From IMG/VR virus record IMGVR_UViG_3300042558_005120, positions 32,001 to 96,000 of that record: DNA of 64,000 bases; one strand, given 5' to 3'. Each line of letters begins with the position of its first letter. Position 1 is the first letter of the stretch. The notes below the pieces were generated by a model. The model searched no databases. It worked only from the letters and a program-made list of their open reading frames with translations, and had not been told where the DNA came from. Below are positions 36,962 through 45,027 of the stretch, piece by piece. The stretch is from a virus. Position numbers and translations under genes: made by a program.

Positions 36962-37735
36962 TTATGGACTTTTGTAATATTTAGAAATGATAGACATTGG
37001 GTCCCAACCTCTATGAAAGTCTGTAACCCAATGTATATATTCACTTCTTTTTTCGACCAACTCTTCTCCACTTAAAACGTGCTCGTCAATCCCATCTTTT
37101 GAACTAATCCAAATTTCAATTCGGTCAATTGGTTTTCCATATAATTCTTCAAATGCAATACTATATGCTGCGCCTTGTAGAAAATATTTGTTTACCGTTT
37201 CACTATCTCTTTTTGAACTTGCTGATTTGAAATCCGCGATAATCCAATTGTCCGATTGGTCAACAAATGCAAAATCCAATGTCCCAGAATATTTGTATTT
37301 TAATGACCAAATAAATTTTTCCGTAAAAAGAACTTGTTTTACTCGATCCAAATAACCTTCATAATAGTAATTATAAAAAAGGTCTCGACCGACTTGAATT
37401 GCAGTATCATTGAACACTTCTCGGTCCAGGTCTTTAATTGTTTTCTTTTGTGTATAAAGTAAACACTGTTCACCACTACCACCATTCCGCATACAGATAA
37501 AATAGTTCTCTAAGTAATTGTGCATTACCGAACCTCTTCTTGCTGCCTTTTTACTTATTTCATCCAATACTTCCTTTCCAAGTGCAGCTTCAATTTCCTC
37601 AAGGCGGCCAGACTTTATCCCTTTTAATACAGTTGTAACCGAAGGAAAAAGTAAAATGGACCCATCGGAAGCAATGGGTCCAGTTGTTGGGTAGTAGTAC
37701 CTACCTTCAGGCGTATCGAGTCTAATTAATTGCAT
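36962..37735 (-). CDS. PD-(D/E)XK exonuclease
   Basis: PSVTTVL, RGSVMH, SGTLD..IADFKS..QGAAY. Confidence 0.85.
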   Translation of the reverse strand: MQLIRLDTPEGRYYYPTTGPIASDGSILLFPSVTTVLKGIKSGRLEEIEAALGKEVLDEISKKAARRGSVMHNYLENYFICMRNGGSGEQCLLYTQKKTIKDLDREVFNDTAIQVGRDLFYNYYYEGYLDRVKQVLFTEKFIWSLKYKYSGTLDFAFVDQSDNWIIADFKSASSKRDSETVNKYFLQGAAYSIAFEELYGKPIDRIEIWISSKDGIDEHVLSGEELVEKRSEYIHWVTDFHRGWDPMSIISKYYKSP

Positions 37736-38193
37736 TAGTTTCTTCTATATTCTTCGAGTGAAATTCTGTGTTTAATCGCAAAGACAATATTATCAATAGT
37801 TTTAATTGTGTCTCGCATATAATCGAAATGGTTTTGGACCACATCTTTTTTTTCTATGATATTTGAGATATCATTATTGATATAGCTTTCCTTGCTGTCT
37901 TTATCTAAGCGGACATCAAAATTATAAGTATAATATACATATCGCTCATGCCGCTTTTCTCTAACAATTTTATTGAGTTTGATTAAATGTTCCATTAACG
38001 TATGTGAGTACTCTAAAGCAATTTGTCTTTGTGAATAGACATCGGTCATTAGTTCACCAATTTGAGAAATATGTTTTAATTGATCTGAGAATTCTTGGAT
38101 TTTATTAACCCAATCACGTCTTTCTTGTTCGAATCTTTTAGAAAGCGCATTCTCAGAAGAGTTTTGACTTTGATTTTCGACTTGTTGCGACAT
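37735..38193 (-). CDS. uvsY: UvsY-like recombination mediator
   Basis: Helical 152-aa protein with C-terminal IKTIDNIVFAIKHRI, near uvsW. Confidence 0.5.
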   Translation of the reverse strand: MSQQVENQSQNSSENALSKRFEQERRDWVNKIQEFSDQLKHISQIGELMTDVYSQRQIALEYSHTLMEHLIKLNKIVREKRHERYVYYTYNFDVRLDKDSKESYINNDISNIIEKKDVVQNHFDYMRDTIKTIDNIVFAIKHRISLEEYRRN

Positions 38194-38347
38194 AACTTAT
38201 AACGTTGATTTTATCTTTAATAGGTTCTTTTGCTTCAAAAAATATTTCAGGTTTTTTCAGGTCAGACTCAACTTTAAAATTTGCCAAGCCTTTAATTTTT
38301 TCGACATCAATCAAACCTAAAAATTCATAGTCAATGTCAAAGTTCAT
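38153..38347 (-). CDS. Small hypothetical protein
   Basis: Fills the gap between primase and the UvsY-like gene with overlaps; start uncertain. Confidence 0.5.
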   Translation of the reverse strand: MNFDIDYEFLGLIDVEKIKGLANFKVESDLKKPEIFFEAKEPIKDKINVISYVATSRKSKSKLF

Positions 38348-39443
38348 AAACATCAAATTTATTTTTTGAAAAGTAATCTGCAAGTTTTGGTAATTTAAAT
38401 CCTTTTCTTTTTGCCAAAACTAACAAATTAGTTAAGTCCATTTTCTTATTAGTATATATGCCTAAATCAGTCAAAAGTTTTTTCCACAAGAAAACCGGAT
38501 AACCATTATTTGCTTTGTCAATTGCTGCTTTAATACCTGCGGTATCGTAGTCATACATATATCTAATGTTTCCAAATTTAAATGGAATATCAATATTTGC
38601 CGAACAAGTTCCTACACTGTTTCGCATTAAAAACGAATCTAAAGGGCCTTCAAATACGGTTATAGGTTTATCCATATCAATATCCAAAATGCCAAAGATG
38701 GTCGATATTTCGTTATTTTCGACCACATCAGGCGTTACTTCCAAGTTAAATGTTTCATATAACTTAATTAAATCATAAGTCATATATTTTGGTTTAAACT
38801 TGAAATTTCTAATTTGATAACCAATAACAAAATTTGTGTTAGGCACTAGATTAAATATATATAATTGCTGTTTGACCGGGTCCCAAGAAAAACGCTCTAA
38901 ATTAGGCTGTCTTCTTTTAATTAAATATGTAGATATATCCGATTTATCAATTCTGATTAAATTGAATTTTTCCTCAATTGTTTCTCTGGGTATTGCAATT
39001 TTAGCAAGTTCTTCTTGGTTCCATAAAAATGAAATATTTAATGAATCATTTCTTTTAACATTTCTTTTTTCTAAAGATTTTGCTAATGTAATTTCGTCAA
39101 GTGACAACTCAATATTGAATGACTTTAAAAAGCTATCAACACTTGCATATTTTCCACAGTTATAACATTTATAATAAAGAGATTCTCCAGTATATAAGTT
39201 TCCGCGCTTTTTATAATTGTCAGTGTGTGAGTCCCCGCAATAAGGACAAGCAAAATTGTATCGTCCTGGCTTAGAATCTATTTTGTGTTTTTCGTGCTGT
39301 GTAAAGCGGTTGCGTAATACCCTTTCTACTTTTCGAATTACGCTCAAAACAAATGACTCTTTATCTGCGGTTGACTTGTTTTCTGATAAAGAAAAAGAAA
39401 GACTTACGGGTCTTTCTTTTTCAGGTAGATTAAAGTGAGTCAT
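38337..39443 (-). CDS. gp61: DNA primase (gp61-like)
   Basis: Zn ribbon CPYCGDS..CYNCG; TOPRIM FEGPLDS and YDYD; start uncertain (track gives 39494). Confidence 0.88.
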   Translation of the reverse strand: MTHFNLPEKERPVSLSFSLSENKSTADKESFVLSVIRKVERVLRNRFTQHEKHKIDSKPGRYNFACPYCGDSHTDNYKKRGNLYTGESLYYKCYNCGKYASVDSFLKSFNIELSLDEITLAKSLEKRNVKRNDSLNISFLWNQEELAKIAIPRETIEEKFNLIRIDKSDISTYLIKRRQPNLERFSWDPVKQQLYIFNLVPNTNFVIGYQIRNFKFKPKYMTYDLIKLYETFNLEVTPDVVENNEISTIFGILDIDMDKPITVFEGPLDSFLMRNSVGTCSANIDIPFKFGNIRYMYDYDTAGIKAAIDKANNGYPVFLWKKLLTDLGIYTNKKMDLTNLLVLAKRKGFKLPKLADYFSKNKFDVYEL

Positions 39444-40365
39444 ATAGCTCATCATCAAAATTAGATCCAAAGTCTTCATCAAAATTGAAATCATCTTCTT
39501 TTTTGCTGCTTGTTGCTGCGGTAGATGTTACAATTGGTTCGGGTTTAGATGTTTTTTTCTCTGATTGAGCTGTGTTTCCCTTTCCGGCTCGATTTGTATT
39601 TTCAACTTCATTTTGAATTCTTCCACCAGGAACAACATTTGCAATAACTGCATTTACGAATGCTTCAGTTTCCGGGGTCCATTCTTGATAATCGTACATA
39701 CTCAAATCTGGAGATTCATTCAAATAGTTTTTGATTTTCTCCATATCGCCAGGTGTCTTTGACATTGTTTCTCCGTTAATTGTAATTGCAGTTCTTTCTT
39801 CAGCAAATTTACAATTATCGTAGTTATTGTAACCTGCTACTTTTGTAACATGGACAATAAAAGGTTTGCTTTCAAACAAGTCAAATGGGTTATGTGGTTT
39901 TCCGTATTCAGGTTTTAATTCAGCTTGAAGTTTGTTATAAACTTTTGAACCATAAGGCCAAGCCAAAATTTTACCAACGTTGTCTGGGTTATTATCGTCT
40001 TTAACGATTTGAACAAGCGATGCATATTTTTCTCGGCGAGAGAAATTTTCTGAAATTTTTTGTTCGGCAACCGAATCGGATTTTTTAAACTTCCAAAAAA
40101 GATCTTGGATAATTGATTTTTTCCCAATTGAAGAAGGACAGTCAACAGATTTGCTGGTATTGTCTTCTGGGTTTGTCATCCAAGTGCTCCATTTTTTCAT
40201 AATGGATTTTTTTACATCCTTGTGCCAAGGTACAAATTTGACAACAGCTTTGTAAACTCCATCTTTACCAGAGTTTGCTTCGGGTTTGAAAGTTGAATAC
40301 GTTTTTTTCTTGTCTTCTTTAAAGTCATCAAGTGAGAGATTAAAGATGTCATTAAGATCGTTCAT
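39430..40365 (-). CDS. gp32: Single-stranded DNA-binding protein (gp32-like)
   Basis: GKDG..AVVKFVP, GKILAWPYGSKV, NPFDL, YNNYD, acidic tail DDELYDSL. Confidence 0.85.
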   Translation of the reverse strand: MNDLNDIFNLSLDDFKEDKKKTYSTFKPEANSGKDGVYKAVVKFVPWHKDVKKSIMKKWSTWMTNPEDNTSKSVDCPSSIGKKSIIQDLFWKFKKSDSVAEQKISENFSRREKYASLVQIVKDDNNPDNVGKILAWPYGSKVYNKLQAELKPEYGKPHNPFDLFESKPFIVHVTKVAGYNNYDNCKFAEERTAITINGETMSKTPGDMEKIKNYLNESPDLSMYDYQEWTPETEAFVNAVIANVVPGGRIQNEVENTNRAGKGNTAQSEKKTSKPEPIVTSTAATSSKKEDDFNFDEDFGSNFDDELYDSL

Positions 40366-40412
40366 AGTTTTTTAAGATTTTTTTAAGAATTGTTTAGAAA
40401 TAAAAATGTTAA

Positions 40413-40577
40413 TTAGTTCTTTGTGCTATCAACTTTAGCAGAGTCAACGCTTGGTGTTGTAACAGTTACATTTGAAGTAGAGTCACCAGTTTCACTGGTT
40501 GTTTCAGTTTTGCTTGAAGGTGTAGTACAAGCGATTGCTGTCATTAAGACAACCAAAAAGACGAAAAATTGTTTCAT
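40413..40577 (-). CDS. Small S/T-rich lipoprotein (54 aa)
   Basis: Missing from the track. Manual translation: MKQFFVFLVVLMTAIA-CTTPSSKTETTSETGDSTSNVTVTTPSVDSAKVDSTKN*; lipobox AIAC. Confidence 0.75.
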   Translation of the reverse strand: MKQFFVFLVVLMTAIACTTPSSKTETTSETGDSTSNVTVTTPSVDSAKVDSTKN

Positions 40578-40615
40578 TGTTTTTAAAAAGTTTTTTTGAT
40601 TAAAGAAAAATTGTT

Positions 40616-40864
40616 TTATTTATATTGTAAAACAGTTTGTGCCACTTGGTTTTGAATTGTTACTATATCAAGACTATATTTTTCCGAAAGTTTTTGATAT
40701 AATAATTCTTCAGAAGATTTAATTGTTTCAATTTCGGAAATTAAATACTTAACTTCCGCTTCAGCTTGTTTGATTTCATTGCCAATTCGTTGAACATCAG
40801 AAAATCTTTCTTTATATATCAGTGCTAATTTTAGTATTTCTTCTTGTTCAGATTGAGTAAACAT
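40616..40864 (-). CDS. Small coiled-coil hypothetical protein
   Basis: 82-aa ORF directly after a class-A promoter. Confidence 0.65.
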   Translation of the reverse strand: MFTQSEQEEILKLALIYKERFSDVQRIGNEIKQAEAEVKYLISEIETIKSSEELLYQKLSEKYSLDIVTIQNQVAQTVLQYK

Positions 40865-40875
40865 AACATTTATTT

Positions 40876-40902
40876 TATATTCAAATAATTACCCATAGTT
40901 TT
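40876..40902 (-). promoter_or_regulatory. Putative class-A phage promoter AAAACT-N14-GAATATA
   Basis: Motif copy heading the SSB-primase-uvsW run. Confidence 0.55.
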
Positions 40903-41557
40903 ATGGATTTAGATTTTTTTCTAAAGTTTTTACAATCCAATAAGCATCGCAAATGTCATCAATAGGTTTGAGCCATTTGCCGCCCTTTGATTGAAAAACC
41001 TCAGAAATTTGATTTAAATTTATATGCAGTTGATGAGTGGAAAGTTTCAAATCAGTTGCAGAAATAAATCCTGCAATCATCTCTTCTTTACTGAAATTTC
41101 CTTTGCCGGCTGTTGACTTAACATTGTTTGGCGCAAAAATCCATAGGTGGTTGATGTCCAAACCAAGTTTTAGCAATTCATATCTCAGCAACCACTGATA
41201 ACCACTGATTTGCGACAAGCGACTGCTTGTTGATGCAAAGGAAAGTCCTTCAATTGCAACCGCGAGCTCATCGCCAGGTTCCAAATGACTTGCCAAAAAA
41301 CCGGTCAGATGTTTAATTTGCTGAACTGCATCAGACAATGCCCGGCGCTCAGTAAGTGTAATGATTGATTTTTTTGGAAGTTGTGCAGTCTCTGGAACAT
41401 TTATAATATTCACATTTGATTTTCTGAGTTCTTCACGCAGTTTATCAGTGACTGAGTTTTCTCTGGGAAATACAGCAAATGTATATTCACCATTTTTTAG
41501 GATTGTGATTGCCGGGGATGTAATTGAATAGTCAATCCCTACTAAAATTTTAGTCAA
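40901..41557 (-). CDS. RuvC-like Holliday junction resolvase
   Basis: LVGIDYSITSP, AIEG, VKSTAGKGN, DDICDAYW; likely start is the TTG at 41557 (track extends to 41698). Confidence 0.75.
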   Translation of the reverse strand: MTKILVGIDYSITSPAITILKNGEYTFAVFPRENSVTDKLREELRKSNVNIINVPETAQLPKKSIITLTERRALSDAVQQIKHLTGFLASHLEPGDELAVAIEGLSFASTSSRLSQISGYQWLLRYELLKLGLDINHLWIFAPNNVKSTAGKGNFSKEEMIAGFISATDLKLSTHQLHINLNQISEVFQSKGGKWLKPIDDICDAYWIVKTLEKNLNP

Positions 41558-42095
41558 AACGTTTTTTGAATTTAATGTAGTTATACTTAAAGTTTGCGCT
41601 GAAGGTTTTGAACTCTGCAGTGTTCGAGGAATAATTAAGCTCAAGTTCCGAAATACTTGTAACCAGAATTTGGTGCATTTCGACCGCAAAGAATTCAAAC
41701 CCAGTATTATCTAAAAAGGTTAATGAAATATCGGATAGGAATTTTTCACTATTATCCAAGTCATAGAATTCTCTGAAAAGATCAAACATTATCCAATAGT
41801 TTATATATCCTTCATACAATTTAAAGTTAATTGTAAAATCCCTGGACAAATATCTTTCCAAACGCAAACCGCCTTTTGATGAATAGTTATCCTCATATAG
41901 TATTTGCTCCACGGGTTCTGCTGTCAAAGACGGAAATGTAATTGACTGAACCGATGCCGTCATATAATCGTGGACTGATTGATATGGGATAGGTAATCTT
42001 TTTAGGTAAGTTTCGTATCTTTCAACAATACTTGGATAGAAAAAACCTTGATTGAACCGAACAATAAAATTATTATTCTTACTACTTAGTATCAT
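41550..42095 (-). CDS. Tail tube-fold / tail completion-like protein
   Basis: QSITFPSL..F.LYEGYINYW..ISELELNY..FSANFKY pattern, seen in T4 gp3/gp19-fold proteins. Confidence 0.5.
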   Translation of the reverse strand: MILSSKNNNFIVRFNQGFFYPSIVERYETYLKRLPIPYQSVHDYMTASVQSITFPSLTAEPVEQILYEDNYSSKGGLRLERYLSRDFTINFKLYEGYINYWIMFDLFREFYDLDNSEKFLSDISLTFLDNTGFEFFAVEMHQILVTSISELELNYSSNTAEFKTFSANFKYNYIKFKKRFD

Positions 42096-44227
42096 AAGTT
42101 ATCGTCCTCCTTTTGTAATGCCGATGTTGAGACATTTTGTTTTGAAATTTGAGTCTTTGGATTTCCAGGTTTAACTACCGTTGGTGTTTTCGCACTATTG
42201 ATATTTGCACCTCCATTGCTGCCTAATCCTGGAACATCAACTAGATTTAAAGATGTAATATTTCCATTTCCAGCTGCAGTTGTAATTGCCGATATTGTTC
42301 CTTGATTGACCGCGGATGCGAATGTTTGAGCATTTTGCGCATTTGCGATTTGTTCAGACTGTGAAGTAATAAGTGCACTATTCCCGGATGATGCAGTTCC
42401 AGTCCCGCCTGTTGTTCCGGTAACAGGTACCACAACTGTTTGTGTAAGTGTTAATTGTGCTGCTCTTAATTCTGCAATACTTTTTTCTAATTCAGCAATC
42501 GTTTTATTTGCTTTTTCTTTTAGAATTTTGGGACGGTCCTTTTGATCTGCAAATCCCCCACCATACATTAAAACCTCATCACCATTTGAATTTTTATTAA
42601 CAATATAATACTCTCGAGTTTTTCCGGCCAATAGACGAGTTGAAATACTGTCATCAATTCTAAATAGAATTTCACCCGCACCCGGATCTGCAGCAGTTTG
42701 ATCTAATAAAGGATCAATATAGATTTTACTTTGGTCATCATAAATAAATGCCAATTTAATGTCCATGCCCGTTGCATTTAAATCCAAAGAGACATTTTGT
42801 TTTTTATCTGCAGATTTTGTAAAGATTTTAAACTTTACATAGTTATCAAATTTTGTAATAAAAATTGTATTATCGCCTTGGCCCCAAATAGTACCACCAA
42901 GTTTATCACTTGTACTTGTTGTGCTATCCACACTAATCATATTAAAGTCATAATACGAATTAACAAAAACTGTTTGTGTCATAACAGTCGGCGAACCAAT
43001 ATACTGAACACTTTCTGTAAGATTATCTTCTGTTAATTTAACAATTTTGTTATAGACTTTTACCGGACGATAACCTTCAAGAACGTTAATTTTGTTGAGT
43101 TTTTCTCCATACTTTTTCGGATTGAATGAAGTGTATGTTGCTTGGCGAATAATCTCTTGTCCATTAACACGGTTCATTAGTCGCATTGTATAAACAATAT
43201 TAAATGCAATAGCAAAAGCTGCATTTCTAATAACCGGTCGAAAAATTGCTGGTTGATTTAGATTTGTATCTTGTAATGAAGTCAAACTGTATGTATTGAC
43301 AAAAAGTGTACCGATTTGCTCGTTTACTTCAATTTGATTAACAACAACCCAATCCCCACCATTACTATTTAAAATTGGAATATAGTCTTCAATAAATTGG
43401 CCATTCCAAGTTGGATAATATTCAATGTAGTCGTTCTCATCGTTTTCTTGGACATTCGCAGATATGTACGAATAGACATCTTCTGGATTAAAGGTTGCTG
43501 TGTAACTTTCGCCAGTAATGAAATATCGGTTTCCTCTTTCTGGCAATGTTGTATTGATTTCAAAGAGTTGCGCCGTAATTTGCGAAGTCTGAGAAAAACC
43601 AATATTATTAAATGTGTAATTGTACCCAAGTGTATTAGGTGCAGTTGGAGAATTCCAAAAATCAAAATTTGCTTCGGATAAAGAAGGAACTAAAAACTCA
43701 ATGTACTTATCGTATAATCGGTCACCAACAAAAAGTGGGTTTAGATTAAATTCAATTCTTTCTTCACCTTTAATGTAAACTTGTGATGCTGCATTAAAGT
43801 TCCGGCCGCCAATTCCGTTTTCATTCCATTCATTCCAACGAATTTGTAAAATGATGCCATCAAGTCCTGGGAAGTCAAATCCTGAAAGGAGATGGAGTTT
43901 TACTTTATCGTATTGGATATTTGTGATTAACGAAGAAGTTAGATCCGTTAAAGAAAAATTATTATCAATTGTAATAACTGGAGCAACTGGGTCAATATCC
44001 ATATATGCCCATTTTGTACCTTCACGGCCCAAACGAGTTGCGGTATTATCCAAAACGTTTTGAGTGATACCGATTGACTGGGCATTGTTTACATAATAAT
44101 ACTCTAAACTGTAATTATTATATAAACGCAAAGGCCTTGCCTTTGTTGTTGGGATGATATCCGAATTATAGATGTACTCGATAAGTGCATATTCGGATAT
44201 CTGAATATAAGATGAAGTTGTTGCCAT
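42092..44227 (-). CDS. Putative virion structural protein (711 aa)
   Basis: Long beta-rich ORF in the structural run with a low-complexity C-terminal tail. Confidence 0.55.
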   Translation of the reverse strand: MATTSSYIQISEYALIEYIYNSDIIPTTKARPLRLYNNYSLEYYYVNNAQSIGITQNVLDNTATRLGREGTKWAYMDIDPVAPVITIDNNFSLTDLTSSLITNIQYDKVKLHLLSGFDFPGLDGIILQIRWNEWNENGIGGRNFNAASQVYIKGEERIEFNLNPLFVGDRLYDKYIEFLVPSLSEANFDFWNSPTAPNTLGYNYTFNNIGFSQTSQITAQLFEINTTLPERGNRYFITGESYTATFNPEDVYSYISANVQENDENDYIEYYPTWNGQFIEDYIPILNSNGGDWVVVNQIEVNEQIGTLFVNTYSLTSLQDTNLNQPAIFRPVIRNAAFAIAFNIVYTMRLMNRVNGQEIIRQATYTSFNPKKYGEKLNKINVLEGYRPVKVYNKIVKLTEDNLTESVQYIGSPTVMTQTVFVNSYYDFNMISVDSTTSTSDKLGGTIWGQGDNTIFITKFDNYVKFKIFTKSADKKQNVSLDLNATGMDIKLAFIYDDQSKIYIDPLLDQTAADPGAGEILFRIDDSISTRLLAGKTREYYIVNKNSNGDEVLMYGGGFADQKDRPKILKEKANKTIAELEKSIAELRAAQLTLTQTVVVPVTGTTGGTGTASSGNSALITSQSEQIANAQNAQTFASAVNQGTISAITTAAGNGNITSLNLVDVPGLGSNGGANINSAKTPTVVKPGNPKTQISKQNVSTSALQKEDDNL

Positions 44228-45013
44228 TTAGAATCTAAATATTGTATATTGAAAGCTTGCGCCTACGCCAATGTAAAAAGCTGGACGCCATGAAGTTGTA
44301 GTTGTCCCTCCGCTTAATCCTAATCCAAGTTGAGGTCCAACACCGATGCTGAAATTTTTCTTTTTCTGTGCTGGGAAAAGTTTCTCTCTCGGAATAAATG
44401 CGCCGTCGATTTTTGTTGGTTTAAATCCAGGAAAATCGCTTCGGACAAAAATTTCAAAATTTCCATTTTTTTCAACCAATCCAGTTATTAGATTAAATCG
44501 AATTTCATCTTTAAGAGTTTCAGTTAAGTTATCAACAATCTTTCCGTCTTTAACACCAATCATTGTTTTTGTTTTCAGGTGTCGAGAATTTAAACTGTCA
44601 AAATCTTGTTTTGCTTCCCACTCTACTGTAAATGTACCACCCAGGCTATCACATGGGTCCCCGGTCACAGAACCGGTTCCAGGACTTGCAGGAGGTTTCG
44701 GGATTTCAATCCCCGCAACCAATTCAGCAATATACGCTACTTGGCCTTGGGTCTTCTTAATTTCTTGATATAATCGAGAATTAAGTTCTCTAATGCCAGC
44801 TTGAGAGCTAAGTAAAACATCCTTCTCATATTGTAATTGTCCGGCTTTATTTTTTGATGTGGTTATTGTATCATTAAGTGCTTTAATGTTATTAGACGAC
44901 ATCTTTAAATCTGTGGTTAAGTCTCGAACTGCATCGCATTTCTGCATCAGCAAAAATATTAGAACAGCAATTGCTGCTATTAATAGAAGTCGAGTATCAA
45001 GTTTTTTCAGCAT
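44228..45013 (-). CDS. Membrane-anchored coiled-coil protein with C-terminal beta-hairpin (spanin-like)
   Basis: N-terminal hydrophobic helix, coiled coil, C-terminal FSIGVGPQLGLG...YIGVGASFQYTIFRF. Confidence 0.5.
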   Translation of the reverse strand: MLKKLDTRLLLIAAIAVLIFLLMQKCDAVRDLTTDLKMSSNNIKALNDTITTSKNKAGQLQYEKDVLLSSQAGIRELNSRLYQEIKKTQGQVAYIAELVAGIEIPKPPASPGTGSVTGDPCDSLGGTFTVEWEAKQDFDSLNSRHLKTKTMIGVKDGKIVDNLTETLKDEIRFNLITGLVEKNGNFEIFVRSDFPGFKPTKIDGAFIPREKLFPAQKKKNFSIGVGPQLGLGLSGGTTTTSWRPAFYIGVGASFQYTIFRF

Positions 45014-45027
45014 AATAAGTTTTTGTT

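Noticed and set aside
36962-37735. Cas4 / CRISPR adaptation gene
   Set aside because: It lacks the four-Cys Fe-S pattern and sits in a normal T4-like recombination block.
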